From an uncultured bacterium (lineage in GTDB: Bacteria > Verrucomicrobiota > Verrucomicrobiia > Verrucomicrobiales > DEV007): a DNA stretch of 64,000 nt. Below, piece by piece: positions 27,108-36,327 of this stretch; position 1 is the stretch's first letter, and every line of letters starts with the position of its first letter. Location of the stretch: assembly GCA_963977015.1 (NCBI GenBank), contig CAXBMO010000004.1, positions 192,001 to 256,000 on the forward strand, in the 5' to 3' direction. The position numbers and the translations under genes were made by a program. The notes under the pieces are model-generated. The model was not told where the DNA came from. It saw only the letters and a program-made list of their open reading frames with translations, and did not search any database.

Positions 27108-28469
27108 TCAAAGCTCGATGGGCTGCTCCGGAACTGGAATGATGATCCGGGAATCCGGCAATCGCACCTTCAATTCGGCCTCGAACCACGCCAACGCATC
27201 TTCGTCACCATGAACCAGGACGATGTTCTTTGGTTTAACGCTGACGAGGTAATCGCAAATGCTTTCCCGCGTGGCATGTCCGCTGAAATCAAAACGTTCG
27301 ACATCGCACTTTAGCGTTTGCTCCGGCGCATTTTTGCTGAGCTGAATGGTCCCGCCTGGTTCTGTTGCCAAAATCTGACCGGCCGGGGATTTGGGATCGG
27401 CGTAGCCGACAAAGAGGATGCCGCATTTCGGATTCTCGACCATCATCCGCGCGACCTTGTTCGACGGCGTGTGCTCCATCATCATGCCGCTGGAAAGCGC
27501 GTAGATGCAGCCCGGTTGATACTCGATCTGCCGGGTCCGCTTTTTGGACGAGGCCACCGTCAGCTCGATATCCTGCAAAATCTTGAGGTCCTGGAAATGG
27601 CGCCGGGTTCGCGAAGCCAGCTTGTCGTAAAGCTGGGTCATCTTGGTGCTCAATCCACCGATGTGAACGGCGGCGGACCGAAGTCGCCCCTGTTCCTTCA
27701 GTCGATGCAGGGTGATCAGGAGTTCCTGGGTTTTGCCCATCGCAAAAACCGGAACGAGCGCCGATCCGCCCCGCTCCAAAATCGCATTGAGGGAGTTGGA
27801 AAACCGGTCAATTTCACTTTCGCGCGTGTAATCAGGGCGCCGCTGCACCGCACCGCGCGTCGTTTCCACAATCACCGTGTCGAGCGGCCCTTCCGGCAAC
27901 TTCGCGCCGCGGGTCAGTGTCTGGTCCTCAAAATGAATGTCTCCGGTGTAGAGAATGCGGCGGCCCTCATATTCAAACAACGGCGAAACCGCCCCAAGGA
28001 TGTGACCGGCGTCGTAAAACTCGCAGGTCACGTCGTCCGTGTTGCTGAAGTAGAACGGTCGTTCCGAAGGACTCGTCTCCCAACGCGACGTCGCTTTGTC
28101 CAGCTCCCGATGGGTGTAGAGCGGGTAATCGCGGATCTCCAATTCGTCACGCTTCGAAGTCATCACGTTCACCGAATTGTGCAGCATCGCGTCGGCAAGG
28201 TGGCGTGTTGCCTCGCTCATGAACACGTTGGCATTCGGGTGCTCCCGCATCGCAACGGGGATCGCGCCGGAATGATCGAGGTGCGCGTGAGTTAGGAAAA
28301 TGGCATTCAGATTCCCATACCCGAGGGCTTTGAAGCGAGGCAACGTATCCGAGCCTTCTTTTTTGGGGTGCGTGCCAGCATCCAACAAGGCCCGGGTCTG
28401 ACCAAACTTGATGAGATAGCAATTCGAACCGATTTCGCGGCCCGCGGACAGATTAACAAGTTCGATCAT
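27108..28469 (-). CDS. MBL-fold beta-CASP metallo-hydrolase (CPSF/YSH1-like ribonuclease)
   Basis: THAHLDHSG, AGHILG, YTGD, PVFAMGKTQE, FSGH and VHGD motifs. Confidence 0.9.
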   Translation of the reverse strand: MIELVNLSAGREIGSNCYLIKFGQTRALLDAGTHPKKEGSDTLPRFKALGYGNLNAIFLTHAHLDHSGAIPVAMREHPNANVFMSEATRHLADAMLHNSVNVMTSKRDELEIRDYPLYTHRELDKATSRWETSPSERPFYFSNTDDVTCEFYDAGHILGAVSPLFEYEGRRILYTGDIHFEDQTLTRGAKLPEGPLDTVIVETTRGAVQRRPDYTRESEIDRFSNSLNAILERGGSALVPVFAMGKTQELLITLHRLKEQGRLRSAAVHIGGLSTKMTQLYDKLASRTRRHFQDLKILQDIELTVASSKKRTRQIEYQPGCIYALSSGMMMEHTPSNKVARMMVENPKCGILFVGYADPKSPAGQILATEPGGTIQLSKNAPEQTLKCDVERFDFSGHATRESICDYLVSVKPKNIVLVHGDEDALAWFEAELKVRLPDSRIIIPVPEQPIEL

Positions 28470-28559
28470 AGTCAGGTCAAGACGAGGCGAACCGTCTCAA
28501 CGGTCGCAATCCTCGTGTCAGGAAAAAAGCATGCAGCATGCATGCCTCTACGTCCACCG

Positions 28560-29822
28560 TCAAGAAGTCGGGTTCGAAGTTGAGGACCTCGGCAAAATGA
28601 CTCCAAGAATGGTGAGCACAATGCAAACGGCAATTGCGGCAACCGGCGGCGTCCAGCTCAGAGACGTTTGAAACGTAAGCAGACTGATGATCGCGTACAA
28701 GAGCAGGGCGAGCAATCCACCGATGATGCCGCGAAACCGGCTTCCCTTCAGCATGAAAGCCCCGACAGCCGTCAAGGCAATAAAACTGAGGATCCGTCCA
28801 ACCAACGGCCAATGCGTGATGTGTCGACCGCTCTGAACGGTCGCAATCGCCATGGCCTGAAGTTCGGCAAGCGAGATCTTGCTCCCCGTCGGAAGTTCGA
28901 AACGGTGCTCGGTCTCTTGATCATAACCAATCACGATGGTGTTTGTCTTGAGCGTATCCAGGGTCGCCTGACTCGATTCCCGCAATTCCTGCGTCAAATC
29001 TTCGAACTGGGAAACCGCCAGGGTCAGGGACGTCGAATTGATGTTGGGATAAATTCCCCGCATCCCGTGGTAAACCGTGAAATAGCCGCCCTTGTCGATG
29101 GGGATCTTGTAGTGATTGGCAATCCTGATGTTCCGCCCGAGATTCACTTGAACGTCATCCGTCGTCACGCCCTCATAGGCCAGAATCGAAGCGAGCACGA
29201 ACGAAGGAACCACCTTGTCACCCAATTTGGCCAGAAGCGGAACGCGAATCCCGTTTGGGCTGCTTTCCGGTTGTTCGCTCAAATCGATATGCGTGAACGC
29301 AGGATCTCCATTGCTCAACAAATCCTCATCCGGCAGCGCGATCACCTTCTTCGCAGTTGGTAACGCAGATTGATCTCCCGACACGTTCTGAAAACTCGCG
29401 AATTTCGAAATGGCGGGGTCTTCCCCTCCTTCGCCAGCCGCAGGCCCCAAAATGCTTCCCAGCACCATTCGCGGCATCAGATTGACGCGTTTCTTCAAGG
29501 CTCCCTTCGCCAAAACGTCATCACCTTCCCAATCCAAGGCAGGAACAATCCCGACCGCCTTCGGTTCAAACTCTTCCAGTCCTTTGAGGATGATCGCCCA
29601 GTCCAAACGCGGGTCCAGGTTGTGCTCGTCCAGCTCATCTTTATCAACCCGCAAAAACGTCACCGCCGGGTCCTCAATCTTTCCACTGGCGTTTCCGACC
29701 AGCCAATCCAGGTAACCTTGATTGAGCGCTTGAAGGGAATTCCGGCCCTCTTCGCGCTCGATTAAAACGACAGCGATGGTCGCCAAAACTAGGAAAATGG
29801 CGACTTTGATTGGGTATTTCAT
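28560..29822 (-). CDS. CHASE2-domain membrane protein without a cytoplasmic output domain
   Basis: N-terminal TM; periplasmic region with RVPLL...VPSFVL and IPIDKGG; ELQAMAIAT; three C-terminal TMs followed by the stop. Confidence 0.65.
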   Translation of the reverse strand: MKYPIKVAIFLVLATIAVVLIEREEGRNSLQALNQGYLDWLVGNASGKIEDPAVTFLRVDKDELDEHNLDPRLDWAIILKGLEEFEPKAVGIVPALDWEGDDVLAKGALKKRVNLMPRMVLGSILGPAAGEGGEDPAISKFASFQNVSGDQSALPTAKKVIALPDEDLLSNGDPAFTHIDLSEQPESSPNGIRVPLLAKLGDKVVPSFVLASILAYEGVTTDDVQVNLGRNIRIANHYKIPIDKGGYFTVYHGMRGIYPNINSTSLTLAVSQFEDLTQELRESSQATLDTLKTNTIVIGYDQETEHRFELPTGSKISLAELQAMAIATVQSGRHITHWPLVGRILSFIALTAVGAFMLKGSRFRGIIGGLLALLLYAIISLLTFQTSLSWTPPVAAIAVCIVLTILGVILPRSSTSNPTS

Positions 29823-29947
29823 GCAACAAATTCAGGTAAGTCAGGATGACATCCCAGAGCAGGGGACGCCCATCCTAGCAAGGCCTTTGACAAGGTCACG
29901 GACAAAAATCGTTCAAAAATTTATCCGGAAGCAACCCCACCCTCTCC

Positions 29948-30790
29948 TCAGTGCGTCATTGCATAGAACACGATGTTGATTCCCATGGGAAAAGACTTTT
30001 TCTCCGCAAATTCCCGGAAATACCATTCGTTTTCGCCTTCGCGCTCCCAACCGTCGCCAAGATCGGTGTTGTGACAGATGATCATCATCATGCGGCCTTT
30101 CTCGTCAAAAACGCCTTTGTAGTAAGCCGTTTCAGTGCCCGGCTTGTTCCATTCGTAAGTGATTCCCATGTCGCGACCTTGCAGCGCGTGGCCAATGGCC
30201 GGGACCTGCGGTTTTTCCTTGAGATCAAAGACGCAATGAAAAATGGGATGCTCGATCGGGAGTTCCTGAGGCTCAAATTTTGGCTCTGGAAAGATCTTTT
30301 TGAAGCCGTCGCGAATGAAATTTTCCCATTCGTGGGTTCCCCAGAAGTCATCCACCATGATGAATCCCCCATTCAGCAGGTAATCCCGCAGAATTCTCGC
30401 TTCCCGATCATTGAGGAAAATGTTCCCGGGCTCAATCATGTAAACGAAGGGGTGATCGGCCAGCTGTTGGGGGTCGATATCGACGACGATGGGATCGGGA
30501 TGAACCTCGAGAGACGTCAGTTCATGAAGGCGATAGGAAAAGTTAAGGTCGCTATCGGGAAAATCCGTCGCCCATTTTCCATGCCGACCATAACCGTAGT
30601 ATGAGTCATAACGCAGACGGGCAAATCGGAACACATCGTTCGGCATTTGCTCGTTCAACTTCCATTCCGGGAACGGGTTGTAGTTGCGCCGGCTGAATTC
30701 TTCCCGTGCGTCCGGATTGCTTTGCGAGGACGCAAAAAACGGCATCGCAGACAAGAGAAGAACGTAGCAAATCGCTTTCACAATCACCAA
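29948..30790 (-). CDS. DUF4159 domain-containing protein
   Basis: FRFARLRY, WATDFPDSD, LRDYLLNGGF.MVDDFWG, HPIFH, NTDLGDGWE and MGINIV.YAMTH motifs. Start uncertain. Confidence 0.85.
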   Translation of the reverse strand: MVIVKAICYVLLLSAMPFFASSQSNPDAREEFSRRNYNPFPEWKLNEQMPNDVFRFARLRYDSYYGYGRHGKWATDFPDSDLNFSYRLHELTSLEVHPDPIVVDIDPQQLADHPFVYMIEPGNIFLNDREARILRDYLLNGGFIMVDDFWGTHEWENFIRDGFKKIFPEPKFEPQELPIEHPIFHCVFDLKEKPQVPAIGHALQGRDMGITYEWNKPGTETAYYKGVFDEKGRMMMIICHNTDLGDGWEREGENEWYFREFAEKKSFPMGINIVFYAMTH

Positions 30791-31022
30791 GTAGGCACCA
30801 AATCAGAAGGCGAATCCAGCACCAAGCTTGCCAAACCGCGAAAAACTCAAGAAATTCCTACTTGGAATTTGCAAATTGCTCGCTACAATTCCGGCCCTTC
30901 CTGCCCCGGCTCGGACTGTCTTGCGCATAAGGACTTCGGTAAATCCTGTTTCACGGCAATTTACCAGAAGTGGGAAGGACCAAGAAACACACGTTACCGA
31001 CTTTTAGCAGCAACTCAAACCG

Positions 31023-31205
31023 ATGAGCAAACGGACCTACCAACCATCCAAGCGCACCCGCAAACGCCAACACGGCTTTCGGGCTCGTATGAGCACGAAA
31101 CAGGGTCGCGACTTGATCAAACGCCGCCGCCAGAAGGGACGCAAGCGTCTTATGGCCAAGGGCGCAGAAAAGCATTTTCGTCGCCACTGTCACCAGGATA
31201 AGTGA
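31023..31205 (+). CDS. rpmH: 50S ribosomal protein L34
   Basis: MSKRTYQPS...HGFRARM...[10 protein letters not shown], with a C-terminal extension. Confidence 0.97.
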   Translation: MSKRTYQPSKRTRKRQHGFRARMSTKQGRDLIKRRRQKGRKRLMAKGAEKHFRRHCHQDK

Positions 31206-31219
31206 CGCCTCTTCCCGGC

Positions 31220-31597
31220 ATGCGGCTGCCCAAATCCAGACGCATGAAGCGGAGTAGCGAATTTCGCCGCGTGCGGGAGAAAGGCGAAAGCTTCCGGGGA
31301 AGATACCTCATTCTGGGCGTTCTTCGGGACGAGAATCAGGAAACGACGAAAGTGGGCTTCATTACCACCAAACGTCTCGGCAACGCGGTAACCCGTGTTT
31401 TGATCCGACGGAGGCTTCGTGCGCTCATCACGGAGCTTGGAGATCAGATCAAACCCGGACTCAACGTCGTCACCATCGCCCGGCCGCTCGCCTCCAAAGC
31501 GAGCTATGAGCAGCTTCGAAAAGAGTGGAAATGGCTTGGTCACCGCGCGAAGCTTTTTCTCCCCAAGGAATCATGCGAACCATCGCCTGCCTCTTGA
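31220..31597 (+). CDS. rnpA: Ribonuclease P protein component
   Basis: EFRRV...G and [15 protein letters not shown] motifs; position after rpmH. GTG 31202 is an alternative start. Confidence 0.93.
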   Translation: MRLPKSRRMKRSSEFRRVREKGESFRGRYLILGVLRDENQETTKVGFITTKRLGNAVTRVLIRRRLRALITELGDQIKPGLNVVTIARPLASKASYEQLRKEWKWLGHRAKLFLPKESCEPSPAS

Positions 31598-31851
31598 TCC
31601 GCTTTTACCAGATCGTCATTTCCCCTCCCCTTCATTTTCTTGCCGGGCCCCTGGGCGGATGTCGATTCTACCCTTCGTGTTCGCAATACACGCTCGAAGC
31701 CGTTCAGCATCACGGCGCTCTCAAAGGCTGCTGGTTGGGAGCCAAACGAATTTTACGCTGTAATCCTTGGGGAGGTTCAGGATTCGACCCTGTCCCCGGC
31801 ACCGAGGCCAACTACCCCACAGATCCCGAAAACTCACATTCTGACTCATGA
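31573..31851 (+). CDS. yidD: Membrane protein insertion efficiency factor
   Basis: [10 protein letters not shown] and [20 protein letters not shown] at 31573. Confidence 0.95.
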   Translation: MRTIACLLIRFYQIVISPPLHFLAGPLGGCRFYPSCSQYTLEAVQHHGALKGCWLGAKRILRCNPWGGSGFDPVPGTEANYPTDPENSHSDS

Positions 31852-33869
31852 ATCTCGACCGTACCGGCTGGATAGCCGTCATCATTTGTTCCATAGGGCT
31901 CGCGCTCTGGTATTCCAGCTCCATGAAGGAGACCCAGAAGGCTCGTGAGGCAGCTGAGATTGCCGCTGCGGCCAAGAGAGCCGAATTGGAAGCGAATCCG
32001 GAACTTCAGCCCGCACCGGATACTTCGGAATCCACTCCAGCCCCCGCTCCCGATCCTTCGGATCAGGAAGAGCTGACCAGCATTCAGACCAATGGCGTCA
32101 TCTTCAATTTCACCAACGTCGGCGGCGGCATCGCTTCCACCGAGCTACTCAAGTTTGACAAAACGCTGGATTCCAAAGCGCACGTCGTTTTCAATCGCTA
32201 TGACGGAGCAAAACATCGCACCCCGATTGGCTCCATCGGGAAAGGATTCGGCGCATTGGGCTACGGTCGCGATTTCGAGAACCTCCCGTATTCCCTGCAA
32301 TCCAAAGAAAAGGAATCCGTTACCTATGCCGTAACGCGCCCTGACGGTCTCGCCGTTGAAAAGACCTACCGCGTTCATCACGATGCCGATGAGATCAAGG
32401 GTGAAGACGGTCACATCGTCGATTTGGAACTGCGCCTGACCAATTCCGGCGACTCCCCAATCGCGCTTCAACAATACTCACTGTATGGTGGGTCCGCCGC
32501 GCCCTTGAATGCTCGACGCGGCATGTGGAGCGGGTTTTTCTGGCAGAATGGGAAGAAATCCAACTACAAGCCGGTCACCTGGTTCAACAAGTTCCTCTTC
32601 TTCAAACAGGAGCAGGAATACATTGAACACCAGACGCCAGACTTGAAATGGGGTGGCGTCAGCAACCAGTTTTTTGCGAGCATCGTCCGCCCGGTTGAGC
32701 CAATCGATGGCGTGTATTGGTCCGGGCGATTCCCCTTCGTGGTTGATGGACAGGAAGCCGTCTCCCAAAAGATGCGCGTGGCCGGCGTGGAGTGTGCGCT
32801 GGGTTTACCCAAACAAGACCTGGCCCCGGGCGAAACTCGCGTCGTCAATTACGAAATTTACGTTGGTCCGAAGGAATTCGCCCGTCTTGCCCGCCTCCCT
32901 GCCGAGCAAAAGGCGGTTATGGGTTATGACAAGATCCCAGTCATGGGCCCCATTTTTGGCTGGGTGATCAAGCCCTTCGCCGAGACCCTGAACCGCATTC
33001 TGGTCTTCTTTGCCGACAAGACCGGCAATTTCGGCATCGCGATCATCCTGCTCACGATCGTGGTTCGCCTCTGCATGTGGCCGCTTCACGCCAAGGCCCA
33101 CCAAACCTCCAAACGAATGGCAGCGCTGACTCCCAAGCTGAATGAGTTGCGCGAGAAGTATCCCGATGATCCGCAACGCATGCAGCAGGAGCAAATGAAG
33201 CTCTGGGGGCAATACGGCATCAACCCCATGGGAGGCTGCCTCCCCGCCATCCTCCAAATCCCGATTTTCATCGGTTACTTCCGCATGCTGCTCAGCGCGG
33301 TTGAAGTTCGGCATCAGCCATTTGCCCTTTGGCTTAACGATTTGTCGATGCCGGACACCCTTGGCCACGTCTGGGAATGGGTCCCGATGATTGGAGGAGC
33401 TCCCATCAACCTGCTGCCGTTCCTCATGGCTGGAACCAGCTACCTTCAATTTGCGTTGATGCCCAAAACCGGGGACAAAACGCAGCGGATGATGTTCATG
33501 ATGTTCCCGCTCATGTTCCTTGTCTTCTGTTACCGCTATCCTTCAGCCCTGGCCCTCTACTGGACGATGCAGAACATCATTTCGATCTTCCAAACCTGGA
33601 TTCTCAACAAGCGCCCGGCTCCTGAGCTGAAAAAGGTCAAAAAATCCAACAAGAAGACGTGGTTCGAACGACTTCAGGAACAAGCCGAAGCCGCGCAAAA
33701 AGCGCAAGCAGCCCAGAAAAAAGGGCAAAGCCCAGCTGCAGCCAGCGCGGCAGCGTCGGGCGGTTCAGGTTCGACCAACTTCGGCGAAAAGGGCCCACGA
33801 AAGCAGAAGCCCAAGAGCAAGCAATCGCGCTCCCGGGCAAAGAGCAGCAAGCGAAAACGCAAGCGCTAG
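31848..33869 (+). CDS. yidC: Membrane protein insertase YidC
   Basis: N-terminal TM, large periplasmic domain, [22 protein letters not shown] and ALYW motifs; basic C-terminal tail. Confidence 0.96.
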   Translation: MNLDRTGWIAVIICSIGLALWYSSSMKETQKAREAAEIAAAAKRAELEANPELQPAPDTSESTPAPAPDPSDQEELTSIQTNGVIFNFTNVGGGIASTELLKFDKTLDSKAHVVFNRYDGAKHRTPIGSIGKGFGALGYGRDFENLPYSLQSKEKESVTYAVTRPDGLAVEKTYRVHHDADEIKGEDGHIVDLELRLTNSGDSPIALQQYSLYGGSAAPLNARRGMWSGFFWQNGKKSNYKPVTWFNKFLFFKQEQEYIEHQTPDLKWGGVSNQFFASIVRPVEPIDGVYWSGRFPFVVDGQEAVSQKMRVAGVECALGLPKQDLAPGETRVVNYEIYVGPKEFARLARLPAEQKAVMGYDKIPVMGPIFGWVIKPFAETLNRILVFFADKTGNFGIAIILLTIVVRLCMWPLHAKAHQTSKRMAALTPKLNELREKYPDDPQRMQQEQMKLWGQYGINPMGGCLPAILQIPIFIGYFRMLLSAVEVRHQPFALWLNDLSMPDTLGHVWEWVPMIGGAPINLLPFLMAGTSYLQFALMPKTGDKTQRMMFMMFPLMFLVFCYRYPSALALYWTMQNIISIFQTWILNKRPAPELKKVKKSNKKTWFERLQEQAEAAQKAQAAQKKGQSPAAASAAASGGSGSTNFGEKGPRKQKPKSKQSRSRAKSSKRKRKR

Positions 33870-34002
33870 TCTGGCCCAGGTGCGAAACGCACCGGTTTCA
33901 TCGTCTGCGCGACTCTGAATTTTTCACTCTGAAAGATTCGGGGGATCCGCATTCCGGGAACGCCGAGCCAATGGATACCGAGCGCTCCCGCAGAGCCAAG
34001 AG

Positions 34003-34157
34003 TGCGCCATTTTGACCCTTTTCTGGATTCAGAATTCGTGTCAGTTTGGCGCTAATTGCACTCCAACCCCACTCCTGAGGACGGTTTGAAATCGTCATAT
34101 TTCCCTCACAGTTAACGCCTTAAGCTTCAGGCCGCGAGCATTGGACTGGTTTATGCT
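34003..34157 (+). promoter_or_regulatory. Putative sigma54 (-24/-12) promoter with upstream inverted activator sites
   Basis: tGGactggtttatGCt (GG-N10-GC) at 34142-34157, about 60 bp before the hsp20 ATG. Inverted pair tgcgccattttgac (34003-34016) / tgtcagtttggcgc (34039-34052). Confidence 0.45.
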
Positions 34158-34216
34158 TCTTGAATGGCCAATTCGGATAACTCCGAACCTATTTCAAAAA
34201 CCAAACCCATAATCCA

Positions 34217-34648
34217 ATGACACTTCTAAGACCCGAATTGTATCGCTCCAATAGCCTTGAAAGCTTGTTGCATGATGTCTTCTCCAACGGAGACCCGTTC
34301 TTCAGCTACAGACCTGAAGCTGCCCGCTCGGGATTCTCGCGAAAAGACTGGTCAAAACTTCGAGCTGATTTCTTCGAAGGACCCGACGGCTTTCACACCG
34401 TCTTCGAGCTCCCCGGCGTCAGCAAAAGCGACGTGAACCTCGAACTCGAAAACTCGGTCTTGCGCGTCAGCGGCACCCTCAAGGAAAAACGCGGCGAAGA
34501 CGAAACCAACTATCAGTTCAGTCGTTCCCTGGCCGTTCCTGACGAAGTGGACCCGAGCAAAATCAGTGCCGAGATGAAAGACGGCCTCCTGACCATCAAT
34601 CTTCCGAAGCGCGAAGAAACGAAGGCCCGAACCATCGAGGTTAAGTAA
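34217..34648 (+). CDS. Small heat shock protein (Hsp20/alpha-crystallin)
   Basis: ELPGV, FSRSL and AEMKDGLLTINLPK motifs; C-terminal IEV. Confidence 0.93.
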   Translation: MTLLRPELYRSNSLESLLHDVFSNGDPFFSYRPEAARSGFSRKDWSKLRADFFEGPDGFHTVFELPGVSKSDVNLELENSVLRVSGTLKEKRGEDETNYQFSRSLAVPDEVDPSKISAEMKDGLLTINLPKREETKARTIEVK

Positions 34649-34708
34649 TCGAATCCAACCTCTCTTAACAACCGTAAATCACTTCACAGCAAACTGGAGG
34701 ACCCTAAC

Positions 34709-35083
34709 ATGAGTATACCCCTAGCTGAAAACGAGCTCCGGACTCAGGAGCCAACCCAAACCTTCCGCCGTCCCAATTATGACGTGAGCGAGTCGGAAGA
34801 CCACTATCAACTGCGCGTCTTGATGCCCGGCGTTCCCAAAGAGGGCGTCAACGTCGCCCTCAATGGCCGGCATTTGGAAGTCGGTGGAACCCGCAGCCAA
34901 AAGCCCGGCGAAGACTGGCGTCCCATTCTAAGCGAACTGAATTGGGACGATTACAAGCTGAACCTTGAGTTGAATGTCGCCGTCAACGAAGACGCGATTG
35001 ATGCCAATGTCAGCGATGGCTTGCTGAGCTTGACCCTTCCAAAACCGGAAGAGGAAAAGCCGCGAACCATCCCGATTCACTAA
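34709..35083 (+). CDS. Small heat shock protein (Hsp20/alpha-crystallin), second tandem copy
   Basis: MPGV and ANVSDGLLSLTLPK motifs; C-terminal IPI. Confidence 0.9.
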   Translation: MSIPLAENELRTQEPTQTFRRPNYDVSESEDHYQLRVLMPGVPKEGVNVALNGRHLEVGGTRSQKPGEDWRPILSELNWDDYKLNLELNVAVNEDAIDANVSDGLLSLTLPKPEEEKPRTIPIH

Positions 35084-35238
35084 CCTTGCCCAAGCCCAAC
35101 TGGCCGCTCCCGGCAACTGAATGTTCAGCGGGAGCGGCCACATTCCTCCATTCGAATCAATCTTCATGTTCTACTTGGTGGACGCGGGCAGGCGCTTGGT
35201 TCGGATTCTTGCTTTTCCCTTCCAGAGCCTGCCCGCCA

Positions 35239-35296
35239 GGGGGCGTTTGAAAATGATGACGGACGCGCAAGTTTTTCCTCATTTTCAAACACCCCT
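35239..35296. repeat. Short inverted repeat resembling IS terminal repeats (mini-MITE remnant)
   Basis: gggggcgtttgaaaatga versus the reverse complement of tcattttcaaacacccct (16/18). Confidence 0.45.
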
Positions 35297-35339
35297 AAGC
35301 TTTTGAAATCTTTCCCTGCCGTTTTCGTCTGAGAAACTG

Positions 35340-35789
35340 ATGAAGACTTCCTTCAGCAATCAACCTCACCATCCATCCAACATCGAGCTTTCCAGCGGTG
35401 TGACCCGACTCCTGGCAGCCAACCGCAAACTGGCAAACCAGCTCCAGCCGTCCGACCCCAGAAACGATCAGGCCCGCGACCGTCTCGAAACCGTGAAGGC
35501 TTCACTTTCCCCGCTTCTCAAAACGCTCAACGACGACCTGGCCCATTTTTCGGGTCTGGCCGCGATCCAACAACCCGGGACAAAATTGCATCTCCGCAGC
35601 ATCATCACTCGTGGTGAGCAGGCGATCGTCCGCCAAACCCGGATTTTGCGCGAGGAAACTGCATTTCGCCCACTGATTGCCTGCGTCGATGACCTGACCG
35701 AGCTCTATCTCGATTTTGCATCGGCATTGGGCTCCGCGCTGGATCCGCAAATTCCCGCTCAGGATCCGAACACGCGAAACGCCGCCTGA
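35340..35789 (+). CDS. Hypothetical helical protein
   Basis: 149-aa ATG ORF filling the gap before jag; no recognised motif. Confidence 0.55.
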   Translation: MKTSFSNQPHHPSNIELSSGVTRLLAANRKLANQLQPSDPRNDQARDRLETVKASLSPLLKTLNDDLAHFSGLAAIQQPGTKLHLRSIITRGEQAIVRQTRILREETAFRPLIACVDDLTELYLDFASALGSALDPQIPAQDPNTRNAA

Positions 35790-35862
35790 TTTCCGAGCTT
35801 TTTCGCACGGAGAGAAAAATCCCGTTTGGGAATCTCCCAAAATCTGTCTAGGCTGCTTGTCC

Positions 35863-36327
35863 ATGAATCACGTAGCTGCCGCGAAGCAAATTCTCGACAC
35901 GATGTTGGGCTACCTCGGCTTTGTCGTGGAAATCGAGATCGACACCTCACGCCCCGATCCCTGTCTTCAAGTCTCGACCAGCGAGGGCGATGTGTTGATC
36001 GGACGCTATGGCGACCGTCTCGATGACATCCAGTATCTCGTGAATCGCCTGCTGCAGAATCAGGACGCGACCGCACCGCGCATCCGCGTTGATATCAATT
36101 TCTACCGCTCGATGAACGAGGACAAGCTCGTTGAAGAGGCGGAAAGACTTGCCCAGAGGGTTCTTAATACCGGCAAGCCGGTCAAAACACGCCCCCTCAA
36201 TTCCTATCATCGGCGGATCGTCCACAATCACTTCGAAGGGAACGACAAGCTCAGCACCTTCAGTCCCAAAGGCCAGGAACGGCTCAAGCAGATCGAAATC
36301 TCGCTCAAGAAAGACGAGAAAGAGTGA
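35863..36327 (+). CDS. jag: Jag/KhpB family RNA-binding protein (KH + R3H, lacks Jag_N)
   Basis: LIGRYGDRLDDIQYL (KH) and PLNSYHRRIVH (R3H). ATG at 35863. Confidence 0.88.
   Translation: MNHVAAAKQILDTMLGYLGFVVEIEIDTSRPDPCLQVSTSEGDVLIGRYGDRLDDIQYLVNRLLQNQDATAPRIRVDINFYRSMNEDKLVEEAERLAQRVLNTGKPVKTRPLNSYHRRIVHNHFEGNDKLSTFSPKGQERLKQIEISLKKDEKE

Noticed and set aside
29823-31022. Possible oriC/dnaA next to rpmH
   Set aside because: The divergent gene is DUF4159, not dnaA, and I saw no cluster of TTATCCACA boxes.
31140-31205. C-terminal extension of L34 (…RRHCHQDK)
   Set aside because: Probably a lineage-typical extension. Nothing in the sequence supports a special function.
34046-34062. CIRCE or second sigma54 site (ttggcgctaattgcact)
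   Set aside because: There is no matching GAGTGCTAA half-site, and the GG-GC spacing is too short for -24/-12.
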